From NCBI GenBank assembly GCA_951406725.2, contig OX597830.1, positions 52,700,001 through 52,764,000 on the forward strand: DNA of 64,000 nt, written 5' to 3'. This stretch comes from Octopus vulgaris. Lineage: Eukaryota. This document shows, piece by piece, positions 13,051-27,192 of the stretch. The position numbers and the translations under genes were made by a program. A model generated the notes under the pieces. It ran no database searches, was not told the DNA's origin, and saw only the letters and a list, made by a program, of their open reading frames with translations. How positions within the stretch are numbered: position 1 is the stretch's first letter; the number at the start of each line of letters is the position of its first letter.

Positions 13051-14579
13051 AAATTGTACAAAAACAACTCTAAGACAATGACCATATTTTCAGGCATTTT
13101 TAGGAATCTGTTTGACCAAAAGAGTATTTGTTGTGTTCAAAGTATTGCAACTGTGCAAAGACGTGTGAGTTCTTGCATTCTGCTTTCATCTTTCTTAAAA
13201 TAGTTATTGCTGTCTTAATGTTTGGAGGAAAGCAGAACAGAATGAAGGTACATACAGGTGGGGGTGCTATGAGGAAATGTAGGTGAGGGTTTTTTGGGAG
13301 AGGAGGTCCCTTTTTTTTTTTTCTCCAGTTACACAAAAGAGAAAAGGAATTACTCTCTTCAGAATTCTTTATAATGATACATAGCCTTAAACTGATCTCA
13401 TCCTCTTGGAGTAGCCATGTTGTTTAGAGAGGTTAGAGAGAGGAAAGAAAGATCCCGATTCCAGAATCATACACAAAATCTTCATAATTGATTAAGATAT
13501 AATTATCTTTCTGCAAAAGTTTATTACATTTCATTTTAGAATGGTATCCATCTGTAAAGACATTTGTTCCAACAAAAGCCTATATACATGTGTATGTGTG
13601 TATAATAAAGATAGTTAAGGCTAGTCTATGGGGTTACCCAGGGTTTCACATTCATAAAGCTTTTAGGTTTACAGCATCTCTTCAGACGCTAATGGCCAGT
13701 GGCCTAAACCCTCCCTTCAAAGTGGAAGGAGAAAAGATCTCTTGGCTAGTTGTTGAACACGTGAACCCTTAGGCTACTATCCCTAATCGACCTGGTCAGC
13801 TTGTGAATCTCAGGATTTCAGAAGGAATCTCCTGAAGTGTAAGCAGGGTCCAAAGACTTCTGTCCTGGAATTCAATATGCTCCCCAGTTCAAGGCAGTTC
13901 TTTAATATTCCTGCCCATTCAGCTATATATATATGTAGAGAGAGATAGGTAGACGTTAAATGATGATAAATACGCACATCTATTGTGTAGTAGAATTAGT
14001 TTACCATTTAGTCAGCCCAATCACCAACCAACTACTGTTTATGGGCAGTAAGATACTTTGAATTCCTTACTCAAAATGAGATAATGAGTTCTAACTTTTC
14101 CTGCCATTTATATACTATTTTGAATCAGTTGTGTGTGTATGCATATATATATATATCTATCATCATCATCATCAACCAGTATATTATTGGGAATAGCAAA
14201 TATAGCTTCTCAGAATTTTACTGTATTGTGACAATATTTGTCCAAAACCAAAAGTAACATTTTGACCAGTTATATGCCTTTCAACTAGTAATATACTGCC
14301 TGATGATATAAAAATATATCTGCTCTTACATTGAATGTGCTTTTATTTCTGACTTATGGACAACTAACTGATCATATATGTATGCATATATATATATATC
14401 TACATATATACACACACACACAACCATTCCATCATCTGACATGTGGCATATGTTGCACCTGTACCATATGTCAATTTGATGGAGGGAGTGAGCTTATGCT
14501 TACACAAACATTTGGTCACTCTAAACAAATTATCTGCGTGGTTGTTCCCTCATACATCATCTAACGACAGGAGTGTCCA

Positions 14580-14623
<44 letters not shown>

Positions 14624-15479
14624 TGTATGTTCTGCGTTACTCCAAGCTTCCGACACAATTTTTCGGTTTCTTATAGAAAGATTATTTAGTAACATTGCTA
14701 AACACAACACAAAATAATTTTTTGGTCAAAGAGCTTTGAAAATTTATGAAACAAGGAATTTAATGACAACAACTAAAAATGTCCATATTTTAGGCTTTCT
14801 TTGGGTTTTATACAATGATTAAAAATTAGTTTTGCTTTTAATTTATTGATGGGGAAATCTATTAGAATTGTTATTTCATATTTGAACTATATTAAGTGGT
14901 GGTACTAAGCTGTGTGTAAGTTATTAAGTATGATACAGGTTCGAGTGTCACCCAATTCATTGCACTGAATTAGTTTCTCGTGGGCCTTTAATTTGTGATT
15001 ATTGTCACTAGGTTGGGAGCCTGGCTGGCACCACTGAGCCACTTCAACTTGTCTGTCTGTGGATGAAAACTTTCACTGATAACCCAACAATACATCCACG
15101 ATTCACTCTCTCTCTCTTCCTTCCTCCCTATGTGTTGGACCCTACACTAGGTAATTCTTATTGTTTTCCATGGTGATCCCATAAAAGACCTGACCAGTAA
15201 CACTAATTATTCATTTGCATAGAGTGTGCCCTAATCCCTTTCAACATTCTTCATCTTAAACTAGAGTTTCAGTCAGTGGACACCAAACACTACATCAGGA
15301 TTACAGATTTAAATTAATATTTGTGTGAGAAATTGTATTTTATAGTTAGGTATATATCATTAAAAGACCTTTTTTTTTATTATTATTACCAACATTATAA
15401 TAATCACTTCAACTTTGTAAATAGGGTGAAATTAGGGTTTTATGTTATGTGAAGTGGCTGAATAAAAGGACAGCATAAG

Positions 15480-17170
15480 CTTAAAGACCTTACACTGATA
15501 ATGGTGACTAAAAGCAAAATTCTTTCTGGTTCTTAACATTCTGATTTTAAATTCCACCGAGGTCAGTTTTGTCTCTCATCCTTTCAGGGTTGGTAAAATA
15601 AGCATAAGTTGAGCTCTGTAGTTGATGTAATTGACCAATCCCCGTCCCACAAAATTTGAGGCGTTCTGCCTTTAGTAGGAAAAGAATAGCAAGCTGGCAG
15701 AATCATTAGCATGTTAGACAAAATACTTAACAGACTCTTAACATTCTGAGTTCAAATTGTGCCAGGATTGACTTTGCCTTTCATCCTTTCAGGGTCAGTA
15801 ATATAAGCACCACTCAAACAGTGGGTGTTAGTGTAATCGACTATAGATATATCCCTTGAAATTTCAGGCCTTGTATCTACTGTAGAAAGAATTATTATTA
15901 TCATTAAGGTGACAAACTGGCAGAATCGTTAGCACACCAGACAAAATGCTTAGTAGGATTTTGTCTGACTGAGCTCTACATTCTGAGTTCAAATTCCACT
16001 GAGGCCAACTTTGCCTTTCATCCTTTCAGGGTCAATATATTAAGTACCAGTGAAACACTGGGGTTGGATGTAATAGACTAGTCCCGTCCCCGCAAGTTTC
16101 AGGCCCTGTGCCTTTAATAGAAAGGATTATTATATAGAGCAGTAAAATGGCAGAATCACTTGGGTATTGGTAAAAATGCTTTGCAGTATTTACTCGAGCT
16201 TTTTAATCTTATGAGTTCAAATCCTACTGATACCAACTTTGCTTTTCATCTTTTTGAGGATGATAAAATAAAGTGGCCAACAATTACTGAGGTTGATGGT
16301 ATTGACTTACCCCCTTCTCCCAAAATTTCAGGCCCTGTACCTTTACTAGAAACAATTATTACAAACAATTAGGTTGGCATAATGTATGGGGCATCAGACA
16401 AAATATCATTAGTTACAATCTTTCTTGTTTTAAGTTCAATTCCTACCAAGTTTAACTTTTTTTTTTATATATTCTGGGATTGCTAAAATGTACCAGTCAC
16501 GTACTGGGGTTGAGCTAAAACAATGTGTAACCTTGTGCCTATGTTAGAAATCATCCAGTAGAACATCAGATAAAATGCCTTGTGTTTCTTCTGACACTCA
16601 ACATTCTGAGCTCAAATCATGCCATGGTCAACTTCACCTCTCATCCTTCCAACGTCAGTATAATAAAACTCCAACAAAGTACTGGGGTTAATTTAATCAA
16701 TTAATGCCCTCCCCTCAAAATTGCTGGCCTTGTGTCTAAACTAGAAGCAATTATTGTTATTATTATGGAAGAGTGTCTAATTATTAGAATCAGGAAAACA
16801 ACTACCCAGATGACTTATGGTCCGTCTGTATTCTGAGGTGAAATCCTGCCATTGTTGACCTCATTTTTGATTATCAGTGATTGATAAAACAAGTACCAGT
16901 TATATACCAAGGTGTTTTTCTACCAGAGCTCAATTCCCACTGAGGTCAACTTTGCCTTTATTCCTTCCAAGGTTGATAAAGTGAAGCAATGGGGTTGATA
17001 TGATATTGTCCCCCATCTCCTCCCCTTCCCAAAAATTGAGGACCTTGTGCCTATGTATGAACTCATCATCATCGTTGTTATTGCTGTTTAACAGAAATAG
17101 TAGAGCATCAGCCTAAATCACGTGTTCTGAGTTCAAATCTCGACTAGGTCAACTTTTGCCTTTCTGTGTT
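15480..17170 (+). repeat. Head-to-tail array of about 9 diverged Nin-domain SINE-like units
   Basis: Variants of ttctgagttcaaattcc...gtcaactttgcctttcatcctttcagggt...aagtaccag at about 15535, 15743, 15980, 16210, 16430, 16600, 16830, 16925 and 17125. Confidence 0.8.
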
Positions 17171-17387
17171 GAAATTGCTAATTGTGGATGTTGTGAGAAG
17201 GCCAGAAACAAGTGTGTTTAGATTGATGTGGTGAGAAAGATGAGAGGAGCAGAGGCTGCTGTAGTAGTGGTGAGAGAAGAGACAGTGAAGACACAGTAAT
17301 TATAATTTTAAAAAATGATTGTTTTGTGTTGAAGATTGAAGAATTGCTTATCAGGAAGATGATGTTGCTGTTGTGTGTGCATGTGTA

Positions 17388-17424
<37 letters not shown>

Positions 17425-18329
17425 TGAGGGTTTTGTTCTTCATAAATAAGCGTATTTCTTCATTTGAGGTGATGTGAAGGGGCTGTTTTGTCAACGACAT
17501 AAAATGGGGTGGATGGACAGATGGATGATTGGACAGTTGACTCAATGGATGGTTGAATGGCCTTTAAAAATAGCCCCAGTTTGTAAATGCTATCATTGTT
17601 TCCTGCCCACCGTCCATTCAGTGTGAAATAAAACTCTTCTAGGGAGAGGGAGAAACCTCAATGTTGTGATGACAACCACTGTATAATCCTTTCTAGGAGT
17701 TGTATTGACAACATTTCTTCTCAATCTTTCTTCTCTGTTCCACCCCTTAACACCCGAATCCACCCAATCTAATGTAAACTATTGCCCATCCACCAGTCTG
17801 CTGGTCAGACACCAAAAAGCTACATTTCTATTTCCCCCCACACACACTCACCTTTCTACTTTCATTTTTGTTCTGTAAAATGTCTAGAATCAAGGTTTTT
17901 TTGTTTTTTTTAATTCTTGTTGGAGGTTTTAGGGGTTTTAATTATTCTGGCCTCTTTATTTCTCCTCCCCTTCTTAAGGACCTGCATCCTAATGAAGGTT
18001 GGAAACCACTGCACTACCAGAAATATGTAGGGCTTGATATTTATTTAAGGTAAATGAGGATTGTATTGTCCTAATTTTGGTTCATTTGGTCTTTCCTTCA
18101 ACCTGTACGCATCAATGGATCAAGAGGAAATTATCACATTGATACCATTAACATCAAACATTTCTCAATTCATTGTCAGTCATAACTCTCAACCCACATC
18201 AGTCATATTTCTCAATCCATGTCAGTCATAACTTTTTCAATTTTTCTGATGTCTACAGTCAAGGGAAAAGAACTAAACAGAACCATCACTTTGTAATACA
18301 ATCTCTATTTACCAGAAACAAACATTCAT

Positions 18330-18382
<53 letters not shown>

Positions 18383-19304
18383 TTCATTCACACACAGCCA
18401 AGTTTTTGATCCAAAATTAGTTGCTATTTATGTTTGTTGTTATTATTGTTGTTTTTTGTTAATATTGTAGTTCTTATTTTTTTACTAAATATTATTTTTC
18501 ACCACGAAATTTTGAGTCTTGTTTTTTTTTTCTTTTAATTTGAGGGTGGTGGTGGTGGTGGCGGTATGTGTGTGTGTCATCATCATCATCATCATTTAAT
18601 GTCCGTTTTCCATGCTGGCATGATTTTTATAGCTGGACCCCCTTCCTAACACCAACCACTTTACAGATTGGACTGGGTGCATTTCATGTGGCACCACCAC
18701 TGGTATGGTCTGCTTTGGCATGGTTTTTACTGCTGGGTGCCCTTCCTAACACCAACCACTTCACAAAGTGGGCTGGGTGCCTTTTATAGGGCACCAGCAC
18801 CAGCTAGGTCTGCTTTGGCATGGTTTTTTTTTTTTTTTTACAGCTGGATACCCTTCCAAATGCCAACCACTTTACAGTGTGGACTGGATGCTTTCTACAT
18901 GGCACCAGCACCAGTGAAGTCACCAAGTAACTTGCAAGAGAAAGATCCTTTGAGACGGGGGGAGTACTGGAGGAGGTGGCTTTGTGCTAGGTATGAGAGA
19001 TTAAAGTATGACAGAAGGACAGAAGTAAATATCCTGCTGTTGAGGGGATACATGGTTACCACATGTGGAGGGAGAGATGGTGGCAATGTGCCAGGGCATG
19101 CTCTCAAGGTATGGAGATGAGAATATAAATTGGATGTTAGATCATTACTAAAGGTGCATGAGTAGGGATTTCATGTGAATATAAAGAAGGAGAAGGGGGA
19201 GAATGCAGTGTCTGGACAACAAGATAGTAATGATTCAGTGAGCAGGGCAGGAGAGGGGTATGTGTGTGTGCATGAATGTATATGCGTGTATGTATGTATA
19301 TGGC

Positions 19305-19450
19305 TGTTGCCATATTTCATTCCATAATGGCTACCTCTGACGAGCACAGGGTTACATAATCAGACTGTTACCTAACACCCTGCTGAATCCCTTGCACGAA
19401 ACTGATTGGCAAGATCAGTTGTAATGGATATATAATACTGTACACTTCAG
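19305..19450 (+). mobile_element. Penelope-type terminal repeat relic with a hammerhead-like core
   Basis: CTGACGA at 19337, GAAAC at 19398, stem ACTGATT/GATCAGT; homologous copy at 51335-51478 (-). Confidence 0.5.
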
Positions 19451-19492
19451 TTAATATATATATATATACATTCACACACATATATGTGTATG

Positions 19493-19523
<31 letters not shown>

Positions 19524-19604
19524 ATATATATAGATGTGTGTGTGTGTGTATATATATATATGTATGTGTGTATAGATATGTATGTATGTATGTGTGTGTG
19601 TATA

Positions 19605-19639
<35 letters not shown>

Positions 19640-20319
19640 ATAGATATGTATGTATGTGTGTGTATATATATATATTTATCCTGCCTTGCTGGCACATGTT
19701 GGATGGAACTCTTTTGGGGAACACCTCTAAAACTGGTGGGGAAAATTGAGAAATTTGTTTTCAAACCAGAGACTTGGATCAAATCCTTGCAACTGAGTTG
19801 ACTTCATTAAAGGCACCCAAAGACCACATGATTCATACCCCTCTCTGTGTGTGTGCTGCGTTGAGAATTGTCAACAAACCAAAAAAAACATTCCATTGAT
19901 TATTGAGGAGGAGGAGGAAAGAAAATAAACTGTGAACTGAATAGAACCTCTCCTCCCTCTCTCTCCTTCTCTATATATATATATCTTAATAAACAAGTAT
20001 TAATGGACAAAAAGAACAAACCAAGAACCGTATAAAAACATAGAAAAACACCTGAGTAGAAACTGCCTTAGACTATACACAATTAGACAATATGGTAAAA
20101 GTTTTAAACTAACAAACTACATATATATATATATACACTGTATATATGTGTGTGTATAATACAAACAATCTTTGTAGTTTCTTTACAACACATTTCACTA
20201 TGCTAAAATTTGAACTTTTTATAATAATAATGGTTATGTAATAGTAATAATACTAATTTCAAATTTTGGCAGAAGGCCAATTGAGCACTGAGGGTCAGTC
20301 CCTAGTGTTAAACTGATAC

Positions 20320-20423
20320 CTATTTTATCAACCCCAAAAGGACAAAAGGCAAAGGCAACCAGCGTTTTGTCCGACTCGGACAAAATGCTGGTTGCCTTTG
20401 CCTTTTGAGGGTTGATAAAATAG
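20320..20423. repeat. Fold-back hairpin derived from Nin-SINE sequence
   Basis: 32-bp inner inverted repeat (20343-20374 / 20376-20407, one G:U) plus a 15-bp outer stem. Confidence 0.9.
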
Positions 20424-20851
20424 TGATAACCAGAATGATTTTGTAATCACAAATGTACTTCTACATTAGCCTTAATATAAAATAACCTTTTAAGGACTAA
20501 TTGCAATAACGGCTCTTTCAGTTATTTCTTGCTAGTTACATGACAAAAAATTTGATTAATTGACTGTCCAAGCAATTATTAGACAAAAACTCCCTCTGAT
20601 CTATTCCAAGGACCAAGAATCTGCCATTAAAATTCTATCAATATGAAACTCCCTTTTGACAATAATATCATACAAACTTAAAACTTCTTTTTGGCAGAAT
20701 TTCACACAATTTAGAAAAACTAAATTCTTTTATTTATTTGCCTTTTAATAATTTTTTGTTTTGACTGAGAAACTACATTATATTGATTCTTCAGTGTAAA
20801 TACAGTACATATATTATATTGTATTAATATTGATATATATATATATAAAAC

Positions 20852-21011
20852 TATAAATAAGGGTATCTGAGAGATACCACCATGCCGAAATAGCAGTCAA
20901 AACCCTGACCCTAAAAACCACCTGAAATGTTCATATCGCGGTGGTTTTTAGGGTCAGGGTTTTGACTGCTATTTCAGCATGGTGGTATTCTCGATATTGT
21001 CCTTATTTATA
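20852..21011. mobile_element. Palindromic MITE-like element
   Basis: 49-bp arms (20874-20922 / 20940-20988, one mismatch), 17-nt loop, outer tataaataagg/ccttatttata. Confidence 0.75.
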
Positions 21012-21954
21012 AATACATATATAAATTCCACTTCATTAATACAATGAATATGTGTGTGTATATATATATATATCAATTACACATTATATTGATACATATA
21101 TATGTATTGATAGAGTATATATAGATAGATTATGCTGTATTGATACAGCATATATATATATATATATATAGATTCCATTGTCTTTCAATCAGTTTTATCT
21201 TTTCGACATCATTCCTAACTCTGAGTTGACCAAAATCTGGATTTTCTTTGTAGAATCTTAAGTACATTGCCCAACGATATACTGCCTCATTACCGCCACT
21301 CAACAAGGGAGCCTAAAATAGCAGTGAAATCTCCCTCGTACACACCTTGGGAAAGAAAGGACTAGATTGGAGAACATATCAAGTCCTACATACCTCAAAA
21401 ATATTGGGGAGGGGGGGATGGTCAATGATGGAATGTCTTTGATCATAGGTGTGTTGACTTGGGATGGGGGGGGTTAAAAAAACATCACCATCCCCACCAC
21501 CACCACCACAATACTGAATGATGTTGCTACTGTTGTTATGCTTCTCTCTCTTTTTCATCCCTGGACAAGTAAATCCCCCACCCCCTCCTCCTCCATCTCT
21601 CCTATCTCAATCCGCAGTATAGGCAGTGGGGAGTAGCTTATTAACTAACGACGCTGATGATAATGACTATGATGATGATGATGACGACTTTCCACAGAAA
21701 AGTTGTAATGTATGTAAATTTAAACTTTAAACAAACTATACACCATCGCCTCTCCTCACCACCACCACCACCACTACTACTACTTCTACACAATTGTGTC
21801 ACTTCCTTAATAAACCACACAGTTTTCTTCTCTCTTTGGTTTTTCTTGGATTTTTGCAAACCCTTATTTAATATATATATATAGATCCCATGTCCCCTAT
21901 ATATATATATATATATATAGGCTGCCGTGTTCCCCTCCCCAAAATACTACATAA

Positions 21955-21989
<35 letters not shown>

Positions 21990-22265
21990 TCACTACCACC
22001 ACCACCCTCTTTTTTTAAATATATTTTGTGATGTATGTCTGCAGACGTGTAAATACGTATGTGTGAATATTATGTATATGTATGTTAGTGTGTGTGTGTG
22101 TGCATGTGTGTGTATATATATAATTGTATGAATGTATGTATATATAATATGTATGTTATGATGTGTGTGTGTGTGTGTGAGAAATAACTCCAATGTAAAT
22201 AGTTTTCTCTTTCTCACACACAAGCACACTCACACGCACACACACACACACACATACACGCTTTC

Positions 22266-22307
<42 letters not shown>

Positions 22308-22550
22308 CAACACAATAGTTTTAATAATATTTTAAAAATGATAAAATATGTTGACTGATCTTTCTCTTGCTTGTTTTTTTTTTTTTTTTTGGGGATTTTT
22401 TTTTTTTAAACTTTATTTTAAGAGAAAAATCTATTTAAAAAAATTGTTAAAAGTTTACTTAATAATTTAATTTGTTTGAGCTTCACTGGTTACCTACTGG
22501 AAAAAAAACTGCATTTATTTATTTTTTTTTTTCATTTTTTTATTATTATG

Positions 22551-22582
<32 letters not shown>

Positions 22583-23066
22583 CATCACCAACTGGTCAGC
22601 CTGTACAGGGTAAAGTCAGACATAGACAAAAATTAAGCTATTTGAAAGCAAAACATATTTTAGACTTGCTATTAAGAAATTTCAGGTTATAAATACATGT
22701 ATATGAAGAATACAAGCATATCTTTAATCGGTTTCAGTCATGGCCAATTTGAGCTGCCACCTTCGTCAATTCTAATCAATGACATTACTTTATTCTAGAA
22801 CCAAAAAAAAATTCATTATTTCAACTTTTAAATTGTTCGCCTTGTCTAAGTAGCTTTCCAAATATATGACAAAATATATTGTTATCCATGTATCATACTA
22901 AATGCATACACACTGTTAGAAAGCATGAAGCTGTGGAAGTGTCTCAGGGTTCAATTCCACTATGTGGCACCTTAGGCAAGTGTTTTCTACTATAGCCTCA
23001 GGCTGACCAAAACCTTGTGAGCGGATGCGGTAGATGGAAACTGAAAGACACTCATGATATATATAT

Positions 23067-23480
23067 AGGCATAGGAGTGGCCGTGTGGTAAGTAGCTTGC
23101 TTACCAACCACATGGTTCCGGGTTCAGTCCCACTACGTGGCACTCGGACAAGTATCTTCTACTATAGCCTCGGGCCAACCAAAGCCTTGTGAGTGGATTT
23201 GGTAGACGGAAACTGAAAGAAGCCTGTCGTATATATATATGTATGTGTGTGTGTGTTTATGTATGTTTGTGTGTCTGTGTTTGTCCCCCCCAACATCACT
23301 TGACAACCAATGCTGGTGTGTTTACGTCCCCATAACTTAGCGGTTCGGCAAAAAAAAAAGACTGATAGACTAAGTACTAGGCTTACAAAGAATAAGTCCT
23401 GGGGTCGATTTGCTCGACTAAAGGCGGTGCTCCAGCATGGCCGCAGTCAAATGACTGAAACAAGTAAAAGAGTAAAAAGA
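23067..23480 (+). mobile_element. tRNA-derived bipartite SINE (family B), full length
   Basis: ggagtggccgtgtggtaag...ggttcagtccc head, central (TA/TG)n, tail gactgaaacaagtaaaagag; partial copies at 12549, 22940, 25430-25925, 26140, 26880, 35100, 42085, 53130, 54975 and 56977. Confidence 0.85.
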
Positions 23481-24486
23481 GAGTATATATATGTATGTAT
23501 GTATATATATATATACGTATGTATGTATGTATCTGTATGTCTTTGTGTATGTGTTTGTCCCCACCACCACTCAATAACCTATGCTGGTTTGTTTACATAC
23601 CATAACTTAGCAGTTTGGCAAAAGAGACCAATAGAATATGTACCAGGCTTAAAAAGATAAGTACTGGGGTCAATCTGTTTGACTAAACTCTTCAAAGTAG
23701 TGCCCAGCATGGCCACAGTCCAAAAGTCTGAGACAAGTAAAAGATAAAAGATCAGAGCAGGACAAACATCATCGCTGCAATGACTCACACAATACACAAC
23801 AGATTGTGTTTCATTCCATTTGGAGTTTGTCGATATTTTGCACCCTAATTGTGACCTGCTTAAATAAAATTTGTGCTTCGATGTATAAGAAACAGCAAAT
23901 AACACATTCGCAGTTATTGCAGAAGCTTGCTTAGTTATAGAAAAATTCAGCATGCCCAACTGAAACAGCAATTAATGAAAACCACCATTTGTGTATCACT
24001 AAATATATACACACTTTTGGAAGGCATGATGCTATGGAAGTGTCTGATATAAAACCTCTTTATAGACTTATGTTAAAAACAATATATTTTAGAGTAAGAT
24101 GAACTGCATCATTACAGTGATTCACATAAAATGTTGGGTACTGGAACCTGCAAAAAACGGGATTTTAAAATGCAATACAAATTTTATTCCTAAATACTCC
24201 CTGAAAAATAGTGAATTTTTTTTTTTTTTTTTTGGTATTTTTATGCACTCAGCTTCCTGAGACCATTAGACCACCTATGTTAAGTCATATCTTAAAGTGG
24301 CCATATTTTCAATGAGTCCAAAAACATTGACTGTAATTTTATTCAAGACACCCAAGACTGAATTATTAATGACAATAAAGGTATTTTACCAAATCCCACC
24401 AAATTCTAGATTATTTTGAAAATTAATTCCAACATAGAGACTATGTATTATGGCCATGAAAGAGTTAAAAGGGTCTTAGATTGATA

Positions 24487-24521
<35 letters not shown>

Positions 24522-24641
24522 GCAAGACTAAAATATGTTTTGCGTTTTATTTTTCTCTTCCTGTCTCTTGATATACATGCATACATACGTATACTCACAT
24601 ATACCTAAATATGCGTGTATGTGTGTGTGTGTGTGTGTATG

Positions 24642-24672
<31 letters not shown>

Positions 24673-25708
24673 TTGCATACAATTTTTTTTCTTTTGTTCA
24701 AGATATATTTTCATATGTAAAAAAATTTATTTCTAGAAATTATTTTCATATTTGAAATTAATTCCCCATTTATTTATTTTTTACTCTCTAAGCTGTAACC
24801 ATCAATAGTTAAAAATGAATATGCAAGAATTTTGTCTGCAAATGACCAGACAGTGACCAGTAAGAATTCATTTCTGTAAAGAATCCCCTGCACAAAAATC
24901 ACAGAAACGGTTTGGTCCTAAACGGATCTCATTCTGTTTCTCTCTCTTTTATAACAACGGAACAATGCAGGACGATGATAAGATGACTTATACCTGTGAT
25001 AAAATGGAACTGTTTTCAATATTTCTCTCTCTCTCTCTCTCGCCCTTTCTTTCTCTCTCTTTCTATTTTTTTTATGCATTTATTTATTATTATTTTTTTT
25101 TGCAAGAGAACTAACTCTGAAACTAACAGAATAAATTTGTTGATATACTCACTATTTCTCATATTGCTTCCTTTATTTCTGTTTAAAAAGAATTATTAAT
25201 ATGTCGTAATTTAATAATAAAAGGTTAAAATTCCAAATCCTAATTAGAAAATGGATATATATACAATCATTTGTATTACGTTTATGTTTTCCATGCTGGC
25301 ATGGGTTGGACAAATACATCTTATTGTGATGTTATTTCACAGCCAGATGCCCTGTAAGTGAACAAGGCCAGAGGACTTTTTTTCGTTTGACAGTGTATGT
25401 CAACAAATATTGCCAATTGTTTTAGCTCAATGCTTTCATGCAAAGTGAAGAATGTTAACATTCATGCACACTTTAATCTTTTATCTCGACTTGTTTCAGT
25501 CATTAGACTGTGGCCATGCTGCAGCACAGCCTTGAAGATTTTTTATAGTTGAATGAATCAACCGCTGTACTTATCTTTAAAGCCTGGTGCTTATTCTATT
25601 GATCACATTTTCCAAACTGCTAAGTCACAGGGATGTAAATGAACCAACACCAGATGTCAAGCTGTGGTAGAGACAAGCATAGACTCTGAGACAAACACAC
25701 ACACACAC

Positions 25709-25742
<34 letters not shown>

Positions 25743-26324
25743 TTATATATATATATATATACACACACACAACAGGCTTACTTCAGTTTCTGTCTACCAA
25801 ATCCACTCACAAGGCTTTGGTTGACCCGAGGCTATAATACAAGACATTTGCCCAAGGTGCCACACAGTGGGACTGAACCTGGAACCATATGGTTGGTAAG
25901 CAATCTTCTTACCATGCAGCCACGTCTTCTTTAGTTTTGTCCGTTATTTTTACGTTTGTTTGTTCAGTGCTAACATAGGTTAGATGAGTATATTATTGAG
26001 GCGTTGAATGCCCTTCCTACTGTGAACCCTTATCTGTTTTCCAAGTAACAGTTCCCTTATTCCACGTGACCTTAAAGGCACAAAGCCAGCTGATGATCTC
26101 TTAATAGGTGAAACAACTGAATTTCAGAGAAGCACAAATGTAAACATATACACACATGATGGGCTTCTTCACAGTTTCTTTCTACCAAATTCAGTCATAA
26201 GGAAAGGATTGGCTAGCCCAGGCTATAACAGAAGACACTTGCCCAAGGTACTGTGCAATGGGTCTGAACCTGAAACCATGTGGTATTTGAGTGTAAAAAT
26301 GAACTCCTGAACCACACAACTATA

Positions 26325-26708
26325 CTCTTTCTTACTCTTTACTTGTTTCAGTCATTTGACTGCAGCCATGCTGGAGCACCACCTTTAGTCGAACAAATCG
26401 ACCCGAGGACTTATTCTTTGTAAGCCTAGTACTTATTCTATCAGTCACTTTTGCCAAACCGCTAAGTTACAGGGACGTAAATACACCAGCATTGGTTGTC
26501 AAGCGATGTTCGGGGGGGGGGGCAAACACAGACACACAGACACACACATATATACATATATATACATATATACGACGGGCTTCTTTCAGTTTCCGTCTAC
26601 CAAATTCACTCACAAGGCTTTGGTAGGCACAAGGCTATAGTAGAAGACACTTACCCAAGGTGCCACACAGTGGGACTGAACCCAGAACCAGAGCCACTCC
26701 TGCGCCTA
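26325..26708 (-). mobile_element. SINE family B
   Basis: Reverse-complement match to 23067-23480. Confidence 0.8.
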
Positions 26709-27192
26709 TGCTTACATGTCTTTCGTCTTTCACTTGTTTCTGTCATTAGACTGCAGCCATGGTGGGATATCATGGAACCATGTGATATCCATGCAATTAG
26801 TGAACAAAACCTCCTAGCAGTGCTGGAAATTTAATCTTAGTAAGCAAGACAGATGATTCCGGTAAGACCAATGAATAGACAGGCACCGGTGTGGCTGTGT
26901 GGGAGTCTGCTTCTCAACCACATGGTTTTTTAGTTCAGTCCTGGGCCAACAAAAGCATTATCAGTGAATTTGGTTGATCTAAACTGAATGAAGCACATTG
27001 TGTGTGTGTGTGTTGTGCCTCCTCTTTGACATTGGAAAGAAGAAGGACATCTGGCTGTAAGAAAATTTGTCTCAACAAATTCCATTTGTCCCATGCAGGC
27101 AGGAAAAGTGGAAATTAGAATGGGGATTATGATGATGAGACTCTATAACACAGAATGGTTTAGAAATAGTGATAGCTTAAGTCTACAGACTA

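Noticed and set aside
19368-19801. ORFs rich in YI/HT/CV dipeptides (also near 6.5, 40, 45, 49 and 56 kb)
   Set aside because: Translations of (TA)n, (CA)n and (TG)n microsatellites.
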